A stretch of 32,000 nt of DNA from Halorhodospira halophila SL1 (GTDB lineage: Bacteria; Pseudomonadota; Gammaproteobacteria; Nitrococcales; Halorhodospiraceae): assembly GCF_000015585.1 (NCBI RefSeq), contig NC_008789.1:990001-1022000 (forward strand), read 5' to 3'. The notes below the pieces were generated by a model. That model made no database searches. It saw only the letters and a list, made by a program, of their open reading frames with translations, and had not been told where the DNA came from. This document shows, piece after piece, positions 9,053 through 17,213 of the stretch (position 1 is the stretch's first letter; each line of letters opens with the position of its first letter). The position numbers and the translations under genes are program-made.

Positions 9053-10315
9053 TTACTTCGCCTCGCCGTTCTTGGCCTTCGGGCCCGGGTGGCTGAGCCC
9101 GGCCGCCTGATCCAGGCGTGGATGCCCCTGGCGGAAGGTCTCGCGCAGTCGGCCACTGCCGTCGTCCTGGGCATCGAGGGCCTGCAGGGTCCCGGTGACC
9201 AGGTGGATGGCCGCCAGGACGTCCCCGGTGTGGCCGCTCTCGGAGATGGTGTGCATGTTGCGCACCGGGATCCCCAGCGAGGCGGCGGTGCAATCCACGT
9301 TGCCGAGCACCCCGGCCATGCCGTCGGTGCCGGTGTCGCGGCCGCTGACGTCGCGCTGCACCGGGATGTCCTGCTCGGTCGCCACCCGCTGGATCACCGC
9401 GTTGAGCTGATCGCTGGCCACCGCGCCAACGGTGTAGGTGACGCCGGCACCCATGGTCAGGGGCTGGAAGCGCTTGTCCGAGACCCCCGGGGCGGCGACG
9501 TAGTCCTGGTCCACGTCCACGGCAATCAGCGCATCGGGGCGCAGCTCACTGGCCAGCACGCGACTGCCGAAGCGGCCGATCTCCTCGTAGCTGGCGATGG
9601 CGAAGAGCATGCGCACGTTGCGGGCGCCGCCGGCCTCGGCGATCTGGCGCGCCGCCTCGGCGGTGGTGAAGCACCCCAGGCCGTTGTCCAGATAGGCCCC
9701 GTAGAAGGTGTCCGGGCTGAAGCCCCGGCGGATGGGCCGGTTGAGGAGGATCGGGTCGCCGGGGCGGACGCCGAGGTCCTCGACCTGCTTCTTCTTGTTC
9801 TCGCCGTGGATGTGAAGCTCCAGGTAGAGCTGCTCCTTCCTGACCCCCTTACGCCCGGTGCGCGTCTCCTCGTCGGCGAAGTGGATGGCGCCCAGAGCCT
9901 CGACGGTGCCGCCCTCAATGCGCCGGTAGGCGCCGGGGTTCTCCGGGGCCTCGCTGAACAGGGTGACCTCGTGGCCGATCAGGGTGCCGGGCAGGAAGGA
10001 GTCGCTGTCGATCCAGACCTTGCCGTCGTCGCCGATGCTGCGCACCTGCATGCGGATCTTGTCGGCGTGGCCGACCACCATCACCTTGAATAGATCGTCC
10101 CGGCCCGGATGGGTGTCGAGGACGATGCCGGCGTGCCCCTGGAACTGGTGGACGCGCCACTCGGCGGGCGCGAAGGATTCGAAGTACGGCTTGAGCACCC
10201 CGTAGGTCATGGCCCCTTCGAGGCCGACCGGGCTGGGCGCGGCGAGGACCTCGCGCATGCGCTCGAACTGCTCCTCGGGCATGGACTGGGTCCACGGCTT
10301 GCTGGATTGGGTCAT
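9053..10315 (-). CDS. M42-family metallopeptidase (glutamyl aminopeptidase / FrvX-like)
   Basis: VVGHADKIRMQVRSIGDDGKVWI, YLDNGLGCF, FAIASYEEIGRFGS and LIAVDVDQD match the M42 metal-ligand and active-site layout (H-x-D, D, EE, D). Confidence 0.78.
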   Translation of the reverse strand: MTQSSKPWTQSMPEEQFERMREVLAAPSPVGLEGAMTYGVLKPYFESFAPAEWRVHQFQGHAGIVLDTHPGRDDLFKVMVVGHADKIRMQVRSIGDDGKVWIDSDSFLPGTLIGHEVTLFSEAPENPGAYRRIEGGTVEALGAIHFADEETRTGRKGVRKEQLYLELHIHGENKKKQVEDLGVRPGDPILLNRPIRRGFSPDTFYGAYLDNGLGCFTTAEAARQIAEAGGARNVRMLFAIASYEEIGRFGSRVLASELRPDALIAVDVDQDYVAAPGVSDKRFQPLTMGAGVTYTVGAVASDQLNAVIQRVATEQDIPVQRDVSGRDTGTDGMAGVLGNVDCTAASLGIPVRNMHTISESGHTGDVLAAIHLVTGTLQALDAQDDGSGRLRETFRQGHPRLDQAAGLSHPGPKAKNGEAK

Positions 10316-10390
10316 GGGCCTCCTCTCGCGTGTGGCTATCGGATTGCGGGATACTGGTCGCTACGCTCACACCATAGCGCAGCTCAAGCC

Positions 10391-11665
10391 GTGGCATCGA
10401 ACCGCAGATACGCCAGCGCCGGACTCGACGTGGGCACCTCCGGGTGCAAGGCGGCCGTCGTTGACCCCCAGGGGGGCGTCCTCGCCCGCGCCCGGGTCGA
10501 GTGGCCGGAGGCGAGCATGCCCGCCGACCCGGAGACGTGGTGGGTGGTCGCCCGGTCCGCCCTGGCCCGCGCCGTCGCTGAGGCGCGGCGCCCGGTGGGC
10601 CGGGTGGCCGTGGATGGGACCTCGGGCACGGTGCTGTGGGCGGCCGCCGACGGCACCCCGCTCACCCGGGCCATGCGCTACGATGAGCCCGCCGCCGGCA
10701 CCTGGGCGGCGGTCATCGCCGGCCAGGCCCCGGCTGAGAGCGGCGCCCACGGCAACAGCTCCGGCCTGGCGCGCGCCCTGCACCTGGCCGCCCTGTACGG
10801 GCTGCGCGGCCCCTGTCAGCTGCTCAGCCAGGCCGACTGGATCGCCGGACGGCTGTGCGGCCGATTCGACTGCACCGACGAGAACAACGCCCTGAAGCTG
10901 GGCTACGACCCGGTGGCGCGGCGCTGGCCGGACTGGCTGCAGGAGGTACCGCTACCGACGGAGTGCCTGCCCGCCGCCTTCGCCCCGGGGACCGAGATTG
11001 GCACGGTGCGCGCCGAGGTGGCCCGGGCCACCCACCTGCGCGACGACTGCCGGATGATCGCGGGCACCACCGACTCCATCGCCGGCTTCCTGGCCACCGG
11101 GGCCCGCAGCGAGGGGGACGCCGTCACCTCCCTAGGCACCACCCTCGCCCTGAAACAGGTCTGCCCGCAGGCGGTTTTTGCCCCGGGATACGGGGTTTAC
11201 AGCCACCGCCTGGGCGAGCGCTTCCTGGCCGGCGGCGCCTCGAACTGCGGCGCCGGCATCCTGGCGCGCTACTTCACCGAGGTGGAGCTCGAGCGCCTGA
11301 GCGCCGCCCTTGACCCGGATCGCGACACCGGGCTCGACTACTACCCCCTACCCACCGCCGGGGAACGCTTCCCCTACGCCGACCCGCAGCTGCAGCCGCG
11401 ACTGGAACCCCGCCCGGAGGATCCGGGCCGTTTCCTCCAGGGACTGATGGAGGGTGTCGCCGCCGTCGAGGCCGAGGGCTACCGCCGCCTGCAGGAGCTG
11501 GGCGCGCCCGCGCTGGAGCGCGTCCTCACGGTGGGCGGCGGCGCTGCCAACCCGGCCTGGACCCGCATCCGCAGCCGCTACCTGGGCGTCCCCGTGGTGC
11601 CGGCCGAGGAGTCGGAAGCCGCTGTGGGCACGGCACGGCTGGCCGGCGGACTGATGACCGCGTAG
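10391..11665 (+). CDS. FGGY-family carbohydrate kinase
   Basis: YASAGLDVGTSGCKAAVVD is the FGGY N-terminal ATPase motif, and the C-terminus has VLTVGGGAANPAWTRIRS. The track ORF starts at 10109, inside the divergent peptidase gene. GTG 10391 is the first plausible start after 10315 (giving MASNRRYASAGLDVGTSG), so the start is uncertain. Confidence 0.8.
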   Translation: MASNRRYASAGLDVGTSGCKAAVVDPQGGVLARARVEWPEASMPADPETWWVVARSALARAVAEARRPVGRVAVDGTSGTVLWAAADGTPLTRAMRYDEPAAGTWAAVIAGQAPAESGAHGNSSGLARALHLAALYGLRGPCQLLSQADWIAGRLCGRFDCTDENNALKLGYDPVARRWPDWLQEVPLPTECLPAAFAPGTEIGTVRAEVARATHLRDDCRMIAGTTDSIAGFLATGARSEGDAVTSLGTTLALKQVCPQAVFAPGYGVYSHRLGERFLAGGASNCGAGILARYFTEVELERLSAALDPDRDTGLDYYPLPTAGERFPYADPQLQPRLEPRPEDPGRFLQGLMEGVAAVEAEGYRRLQELGAPALERVLTVGGGAANPAWTRIRSRYLGVPVVPAEESEAAVGTARLAGGLMTA

Positions 11666-11679
11666 CCCTGGCACGCCCA

Positions 11680-12489
11680 TTAGCGCCAAAAGGTCAGGCC
11701 GTTGAGGGTGCCGTCGGTTAGGGCGCTTGGGTAGCGGTGCAGCACCTCCGGGCCGTACTCGCGGGCACGGCGCTCATCGTCCCGCTGGCGGTAGGGGTCG
11801 AACACCCGCCCCGGCGGCAGCGGCTTGCGCGGATCCATGTACCAGCAGTAGAAATCCCACTCCTCCTGCATCCGCCCCAGGGGTACGCTGAGGTGGTTGT
11901 CCGGGCGAAGGGCGCTGATACCGCCGAAGTGTCCCCCGTAGGACCCTGGGCTGTACTCGGGGATCACCTCCAGCTCCCGCCAGGGCACCTCGATGTAGTC
12001 CCCTTCGCCCACCGGCGGGAGGGAGACGGTCTGCTTGCGACGGTCGAAGGTCACCGTGTGCGGTGGCCGCTTGCCGCGGCGCATGCGGATATAGCTGCGC
12101 AGCTGGCGCAGGGAGATCCATAAAGAAAAAGCCGTTAGCGCAGCCAGCCCTGCCGAGAACATGGCAGCGAAAACCATGACCGAGAAATACCAGGCTGGAA
12201 AATCCTCCACAGCGAACACTACTGCCATTACTCCGAAGACAATGGATCCCGCCAAGAAAGCCCCGCTAAAAAAGAGAGGAATTAATGCCTGCGCTAGCTC
12301 GTCGCATCTACAGGGACGCTGGATGTACTCATCATCAGCCAAGATCCCTAACTCCCTCTCCGTCCCGTCATCATCGAGCACCGGGAAAGGAGGGAGCCTT
12401 TCTGAATCCTTTACCAACCAACGCTTACCTGCGGAGCGACGGGCCACCCAGCGGCTGATGAACGGCGGGCGGTAGAATGTCCACGCCAT
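11680..12489 (-). CDS. Two-TM membrane protein, putative immunity protein for the upstream effector
   Basis: The 269-aa ORF has GGGAGG 7 nt upstream of its ATG and starts 15 nt after the effector stop. Two hydrophobic helices are visible (LIPLFFSGAFLAGSIVFGVMAVVFAV and WYFSVMVFAAMFSAGLAALTAFSLWISL), followed by a soluble tail of about 140 aa. I recognise no family. The immunity role is inferred from position only. Confidence 0.6.
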   Translation of the reverse strand: MAWTFYRPPFISRWVARRSAGKRWLVKDSERLPPFPVLDDDGTERELGILADDEYIQRPCRCDELAQALIPLFFSGAFLAGSIVFGVMAVVFAVEDFPAWYFSVMVFAAMFSAGLAALTAFSLWISLRQLRSYIRMRRGKRPPHTVTFDRRKQTVSLPPVGEGDYIEVPWRELEVIPEYSPGSYGGHFGGISALRPDNHLSVPLGRMQEEWDFYCWYMDPRKPLPPGRVFDPYRQRDDERRAREYGPEVLHRYPSALTDGTLNGLTFWR

Positions 12490-12504
12490 CTCCGGACCTC
12501 CCTG

Positions 12505-15500
12505 TCACCCCTGCGACCGGCTCCCGGCCGCCTCTTCCCTGAGCACCTCGTCCACGGTCAGCGCACGGGGCGCCACCGCCGCCTTGGCCCGACCCTGCCA
12601 GGCGGGCACGGGCACCCGGGCCACCCAGTAGCGGGGCGTGCCGTCGGCCTCGGGCTCCGGCAGGGCGTCGTCACCGGCGCCGGCTACCGCCCGCTGCCGG
12701 ATGAGGAAGCAGAGCTCGCCGCGCCACCCCGGGGCCGTCGGCAGGGCGTCCCAGGCGAGGGTTACCGTGAGGGCGTCGGAGCCCTCCCCCGGCGCCGCCT
12801 TGATGAACGCTGGAGGCAGCGGGGTCACCTCCTGGCAGGCACCGTCCTCCGGGCAGAGCAGCACCCGACACTCCAGGCGGTCCCGCCGCCACGCCACCCC
12901 CGCCAGGGTCAGGCGGACCTGGCGCAGGGCGCCCCGGCCGCCCAGCTGCTGGCTGTACTCGGCGGCCACCCGCAGCGGCGGGCGGTGCAGGACGCGCTGC
13001 CACCAGGCGGCCACCGCCGGCCAGTCGTCCCAGCTCCCGGTCTCGGCGGGCCGTTGCACCGGTGGCCCCACCTCCACCGCCCGGGCCACCCAGGCCCACC
13101 CCGAATCCCGGTCCGAGCCACCCAGCCGCTCCCGGGCTGTTGGGGTAAAGGGGCCATTGCGACAGAAATCGGCAAACGAAGTATCTGAAACATAGCCCGC
13201 TATAGCCGACGCACCGACGGCTACCAAGAGAAACGACAGACCAACACCTCCGCTACCCGCAAGCCAGAAGCCACCCGCACCCAGGTAAGCTAACCCCGCC
13301 ACGAACCACGTCCGGCTGGCTACCTCATCACCACGTGAGGATCGACTGTAGCCGCGGCCCGCGGCATAGATCGCGCTTGCGAAAGCGGCTGCACCACCAA
13401 GCACTTGCGCCCGTAATCCCAACCGCTCGATACGCCCATACCTCGGATCCCCCACCGGAATCCGTGGCTTCAGATAGGCGAGCCGGGTCTGGGCGAGCAG
13501 CTCCGCCAGGGTCAGGGAGGAGGCGACGGCGCTGGCGATGTGGTACCAGGCCTCGGTACGGGTCTGGCGTACCGCCTGGTTGAGGTTGATGAGCTCCAAG
13601 GCGCCGAAGACGCTGCGCAGTGCGTGGCCGCCGGAGCTGGTGGAGAGGCGCTCGGCCAGGTCGGCCAGGCGACCCTCCGGCAGGCGGGTGGAACGCAGTT
13701 CGCGGACACGGATCTCGTCCTCGATGCGCAGCTCGGCGGTGAGGGGGCTGCCGAGGACCTGCACCGGGCCGCGGCCGGCATCGGCCACGGCGGCGTGGTA
13801 GTCGTCGCTGCCGGCGGCGAGGATGCGGAAGCGCCGCTCGTAGCCCTGGTGCTCGATCCGCAGGGTGCGCGCCTCGCCTCCCGTAGGCGCTCCGGCGCGG
13901 CGCTGGATTTCGGCCAGCGGGACGCCGTCGAAGTCCGGCGCCGGGTAGCTGACCGTGGTCACCTCCAACCCCGCCAGCAGGGCCAGACCGGGCAGCTCCT
14001 GGAAGCGGCAGGTGATGCGCATGACGTGCTCGAGGGCGTCGCCCTGATAGCTCACCGACTCGGCGAAGGTCGACAGCAACACGTACAGGACCTCCGCCGC
14101 GTCCTCGGCGGTCACCGCACGGCGCTGCTCGGCCAGGTCGCAGCAACGCTCCACTGCCTGGAGACGCCGCGGCGCCGCCGCCAGCTGCAGCTCCAGCTCC
14201 CGGCGCGGCCGGGGCAAGCCGCCGCCCCGCGCCCCGGCGCCCAGGGTCAGCGGCTCGGCCGCCAACAACCGGGCGGCGACCCGGGCCAGCCCGGAGGGAT
14301 CACCCTCGGCCTCCAGGACGGTGCGCAGCAGCGCGCGGGCCTGATCCAGTTCTGCGGCCTCCGCCTCGCCCTCGGCCGCGGGGATGTCGCCGATGTAACC
14401 GTCGGCGGTGTCCGCCGGCACGGCCAGCTCCCGGAAGTGCGCGCCCAGGGCGGCGAGTCCCTCGAAGACCCGGCGCGGGGTGTTGCCGGCGTAGTCGGCC
14501 AAGGCATCGGCGTAACGTTGGCTACTGAGCAGCGCCAAGCGCTTGCGGCGCACCCGGCGAATCTCGGCGCGGATCTCGCTGCGTTCGGCGACACCGAGCA
14601 GGCGCTCGAGCAGCTCGCGGTCGGGCGGTTGCTCGCCGGGCCCCAGGCGCTCCTCGACGAAGGCCAGACGAAAGGTGCCCGCCGCCACGGCGTGGAGGGA
14701 TTCGGCCGCCGCCAGCCATTGCTCGTCGGGCTGCTGCGGATCGCCCTCCCCTTCGCCGACGGTGCTTCGCTCCGGATTGGTGCCGGTCTGCAGCCCGGCG
14801 ACCAGCGTCTCGAGTCGATCCGCCAGCGCCGCCTGCTCATGGGCCAACCCGCGCGCCTCGCCCAGGGGGTCGTCGAGGTAGAGCAATGCCAGACCGTCCT
14901 CGGCGTAGGGGGCGAGATCCTCGCGGACCGGCTCGGATTCGCCTTCTTCCGCCACCGCGTCGCGGAAGGCGCCACTCCCCCCGAGGCGGCCGGCCGCCCC
15001 GGGCCCGGTGTCGGGGTCTTCGGTTAGCTCAATGGGGAAGAAGCGCGCCTCGGGGGGTGGCTCGGCGGCGCCGTCCGGTTCACCGTGTACCCCGGCCCGG
15101 GGATCGTCGGGGGCCAGCCCGCCGGCGGCGGCGATGCGCGCCCAGGGGAGCTGGACGGCAGAAAACAGCCCCTCCAGGACCACCGGCTCGCCGCCGATGC
15201 GCAGCGGCAGGAGCAGCATCGGCCGCCCATCACCGGTGGGCCGGCGCAGGTCGCCGTGCTCGTAGGCCAGGTTGACCTCGTGGAGGCGGCCACGCGGGTG
15301 GACATAGCACTCACGCCACAGGTAGCGCCGATCCCCCTCCCGACGGAACAGGTAGAGCCACCCCCCGAAGCCGAAGCCGGCGTCGCGGTGGCGGAGCTCG
15401 GCGTCCCGGGCGAAGCGCACCAGCGTCGGGATCAGGACCGTCGGCGGGGAGACCTCGGGCTCCTCCCCCGGCAGCCACGCCGGCTGTTCGGCCCCGCGGG

Positions 15501-16188
15501 TGAGCGGGACCTTGCAGAGGTGGTGACGCCGGTCGGCGTCGATCAGGCTCAGTTGCAGCGCTTCGGTCCCTTCGGGGAGCTCTTCGATGGCGGCTCCCCA
15601 CCGCTCGCCGTCGTGGTGGCTCCAGCGTAGGGCCCGGCTGCGGTGCCAGCCGCCCGACGCCGGCTCGACCACCACCTCGCCGGGGAGCGGGGCCTGCGGC
15701 CCGCCACCGATGTCGATCCGCGTCCGCGGTCGTGGCTCGGCGTCCGGCGGCGGATCGCCGCCGGTCAGGGTGGTGGGCGGGAGCTGCTCCTGGAGCAGCG
15801 GGGCCGGCGGGGTGTTCTCGTGGTTGGCCACCATGGCGTCGAGGGCTCGAGCCACCGGCACGCCCTCGACGAAGACGTCCGGCGAGCCGCTGCCGGGCAG
15901 GAAGGTCGCCGGACCGGTGATGGTGCCGGAAACGGTCCCGCCCTGATCACCCCCCTCGTCGCCCCGGGAGCGGGCGAACTGCGAGGCCTCGGTGCAGACC
16001 GGGTGCCCCTCGACGAAGACAGTTCGGGCGGTCTCCGCGGCGTCCCGCGACTCGGCCACATTGAGGTACGGGATCGACACCGTCGAGCTGCCGACGGTGG
16101 TGCGGCAGACGTCGGTGGTCAGCAACTCGCCCCCGGAGCCAGCGTGCACCAGGGTGCGGCCATTGGCGGTTACCGTGGGCCGGGTCAC
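12505..16188 (-). CDS. Large T6SS-type effector with an N-terminal PAAR-like DUF4150 domain, a VasX/MIX-like region and C-terminal TM helices
   Basis: Residues 1 to about 128 read TANGRTLVHAGSGGELLTTDVCRT..VSIPYLNVAESRDAAETARTVFVEGHPV..SRGDEGGDQGGTVSGTITGPATFLPGSGSPDVFVEGVPVARALDAMVANHENTPP, the DUF4150 pattern. LIPTLVRFA and GFGGWLYLF (aa 251-281) resemble MIX/VasX_N motifs. Glycine-rich TM helices lie at about aa 880-995. I chose GTG 16188 as the start, overlapping the upstream stop as GTGA. The track's 1578-aa ORF carries 351 Arg/Pro-rich out-of-frame-looking extra codons. Confidence 0.85.
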   Translation of the reverse strand: MTRPTVTANGRTLVHAGSGGELLTTDVCRTTVGSSTVSIPYLNVAESRDAAETARTVFVEGHPVCTEASQFARSRGDEGGDQGGTVSGTITGPATFLPGSGSPDVFVEGVPVARALDAMVANHENTPPAPLLQEQLPPTTLTGGDPPPDAEPRPRTRIDIGGGPQAPLPGEVVVEPASGGWHRSRALRWSHHDGERWGAAIEELPEGTEALQLSLIDADRRHHLCKVPLTRGAEQPAWLPGEEPEVSPPTVLIPTLVRFARDAELRHRDAGFGFGGWLYLFRREGDRRYLWRECYVHPRGRLHEVNLAYEHGDLRRPTGDGRPMLLLPLRIGGEPVVLEGLFSAVQLPWARIAAAGGLAPDDPRAGVHGEPDGAAEPPPEARFFPIELTEDPDTGPGAAGRLGGSGAFRDAVAEEGESEPVREDLAPYAEDGLALLYLDDPLGEARGLAHEQAALADRLETLVAGLQTGTNPERSTVGEGEGDPQQPDEQWLAAAESLHAVAAGTFRLAFVEERLGPGEQPPDRELLERLLGVAERSEIRAEIRRVRRKRLALLSSQRYADALADYAGNTPRRVFEGLAALGAHFRELAVPADTADGYIGDIPAAEGEAEAAELDQARALLRTVLEAEGDPSGLARVAARLLAAEPLTLGAGARGGGLPRPRRELELQLAAAPRRLQAVERCCDLAEQRRAVTAEDAAEVLYVLLSTFAESVSYQGDALEHVMRITCRFQELPGLALLAGLEVTTVSYPAPDFDGVPLAEIQRRAGAPTGGEARTLRIEHQGYERRFRILAAGSDDYHAAVADAGRGPVQVLGSPLTAELRIEDEIRVRELRSTRLPEGRLADLAERLSTSSGGHALRSVFGALELINLNQAVRQTRTEAWYHIASAVASSLTLAELLAQTRLAYLKPRIPVGDPRYGRIERLGLRAQVLGGAAAFASAIYAAGRGYSRSSRGDEVASRTWFVAGLAYLGAGGFWLAGSGGVGLSFLLVAVGASAIAGYVSDTSFADFCRNGPFTPTARERLGGSDRDSGWAWVARAVEVGPPVQRPAETGSWDDWPAVAAWWQRVLHRPPLRVAAEYSQQLGGRGALRQVRLTLAGVAWRRDRLECRVLLCPEDGACQEVTPLPPAFIKAAPGEGSDALTVTLAWDALPTAPGWRGELCFLIRQRAVAGAGDDALPEPEADGTPRYWVARVPVPAWQGRAKAAVAPRALTVDEVLREEAAGSRSQG

Positions 16189-17213
16189 GCGGCACCCCCA
16201 GAGGAGGCGCCACCCCCCACGGTGCTTTCGGCCGGCTTGCGCAGGTCGAACACGCCGGCGACGCCGTCCCCCGCGGCGGTCAGCAGGATGCGCTGCGGGC
16301 CCTCGGCGGCGTGCAGCAGCCCGGCGGCTGCCACCAGCTGCAGGGGCAGTGTGGCCGCGCCGGAAAACCCTAGGCCGCGCCACAGCAGGTGGCGCGCGGC
16401 GGCCGGGGTGCGCCGCAGGGCGGGCACCAGCCGGCGGACGTTGGCCCAGGCCTGGCGCTCTGCCGGGGTGGCGCCGAACCCGTGGGCCTCGACCAGGGCG
16501 CCGGCAGCGTCTGCTTCCGGCACGGTCTCCTGGAGCAGTCGCTGCCAGGTGGCGGGCTGCTCCGACGGACCGCCCAGGGCCGCGCGCTGGAGCAGCAGGC
16601 CGGCCGACCCGGCGGGGGCGGTGCGCAGCAGCAGGAAGGCGGCGCCATCCGCGGCGGGGGGTCCGTCGATGGCGGGGAGGCACCGGCGGCGCAAGCGCGG
16701 ATCGGCGCAGGCCGCCGGGGCCGCGCAGGGATCGACGCCGCCGATCAGGAGGCTCGCCAGCCGACCCTCGGCAACCGCCTGCGCGGCCCGGTGGAGCAAC
16801 TGCACCGCCGATACGGGCCCCTGCGGCCGCCACCAGGCCACCCGCCGAAGCGGCGATACCCGATCGGTCAGCTGCCCGATCAGCCAGTGGTGCTGCGCCC
16901 AGCGCACCCCGGGTTGATGGGGCCCCGGCGGGATCACCACCGCCGCCGCGGGGGGCGCGGCGGTGAGGCGCTCGCTCAGCCGCGGGGCGCTGTCCGCGAC
17001 CAGGCGGTCCATGCGCGCGGCGTAGCCCTGGCCGTCCAGCGCCGGATCGCTGAGCACTGGGATCGGCTGCTGCGGCGCCTCGCCGAGCAGCTCGGGCTGT
17101 GCCACGGGCGGGGCGTCGGTCACCGCACGGGCCAGGGCCTCGGGATCGGTGCCGGCGGCGTGCCAGGCGGCCAGCGGCTCGAACAGCACGGGGGCGGTGG
17201 TGGCGTGGTTCAT
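16185..17213 (-). CDS. Degenerate beta-ketoacyl-synthase/thiolase-fold protein, likely a non-enzymatic accessory or chaperone
   Basis: The 342-aa protein starts at ATG 17213, in an ATGA overlap with the DUF2169 gene stop. KAS-like landmarks are present: AARMDRL, RPQGPVSAVQLLHRAAQAVAEGRLASLLIGGVD, ADGAAFLLL, VEAHGFGAT and GLGFSGAATLPLQL. There is no Cys at the nucleophile position, and the second catalytic His is replaced (GFSGAA versus GHxxGAAG). Confidence 0.7.
   Translation of the reverse strand: MNHATTAPVLFEPLAAWHAAGTDPEALARAVTDAPPVAQPELLGEAPQQPIPVLSDPALDGQGYAARMDRLVADSAPRLSERLTAAPPAAAVVIPPGPHQPGVRWAQHHWLIGQLTDRVSPLRRVAWWRPQGPVSAVQLLHRAAQAVAEGRLASLLIGGVDPCAAPAACADPRLRRRCLPAIDGPPAADGAAFLLLRTAPAGSAGLLLQRAALGGPSEQPATWQRLLQETVPEADAAGALVEAHGFGATPAERQAWANVRRLVPALRRTPAAARHLLWRGLGFSGAATLPLQLVAAAGLLHAAEGPQRILLTAAGDGVAGVFDLRKPAESTVGGGASSGGAA

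Noticed and set aside
10109-10390. The upstream part of the 518-aa FGGY ORF
   Set aside because: It overlaps the divergent M42 peptidase gene on the other strand. The FGGY N-terminal motif (LDVGTSGCK) begins only after 10420. I prefer GTG 10391.
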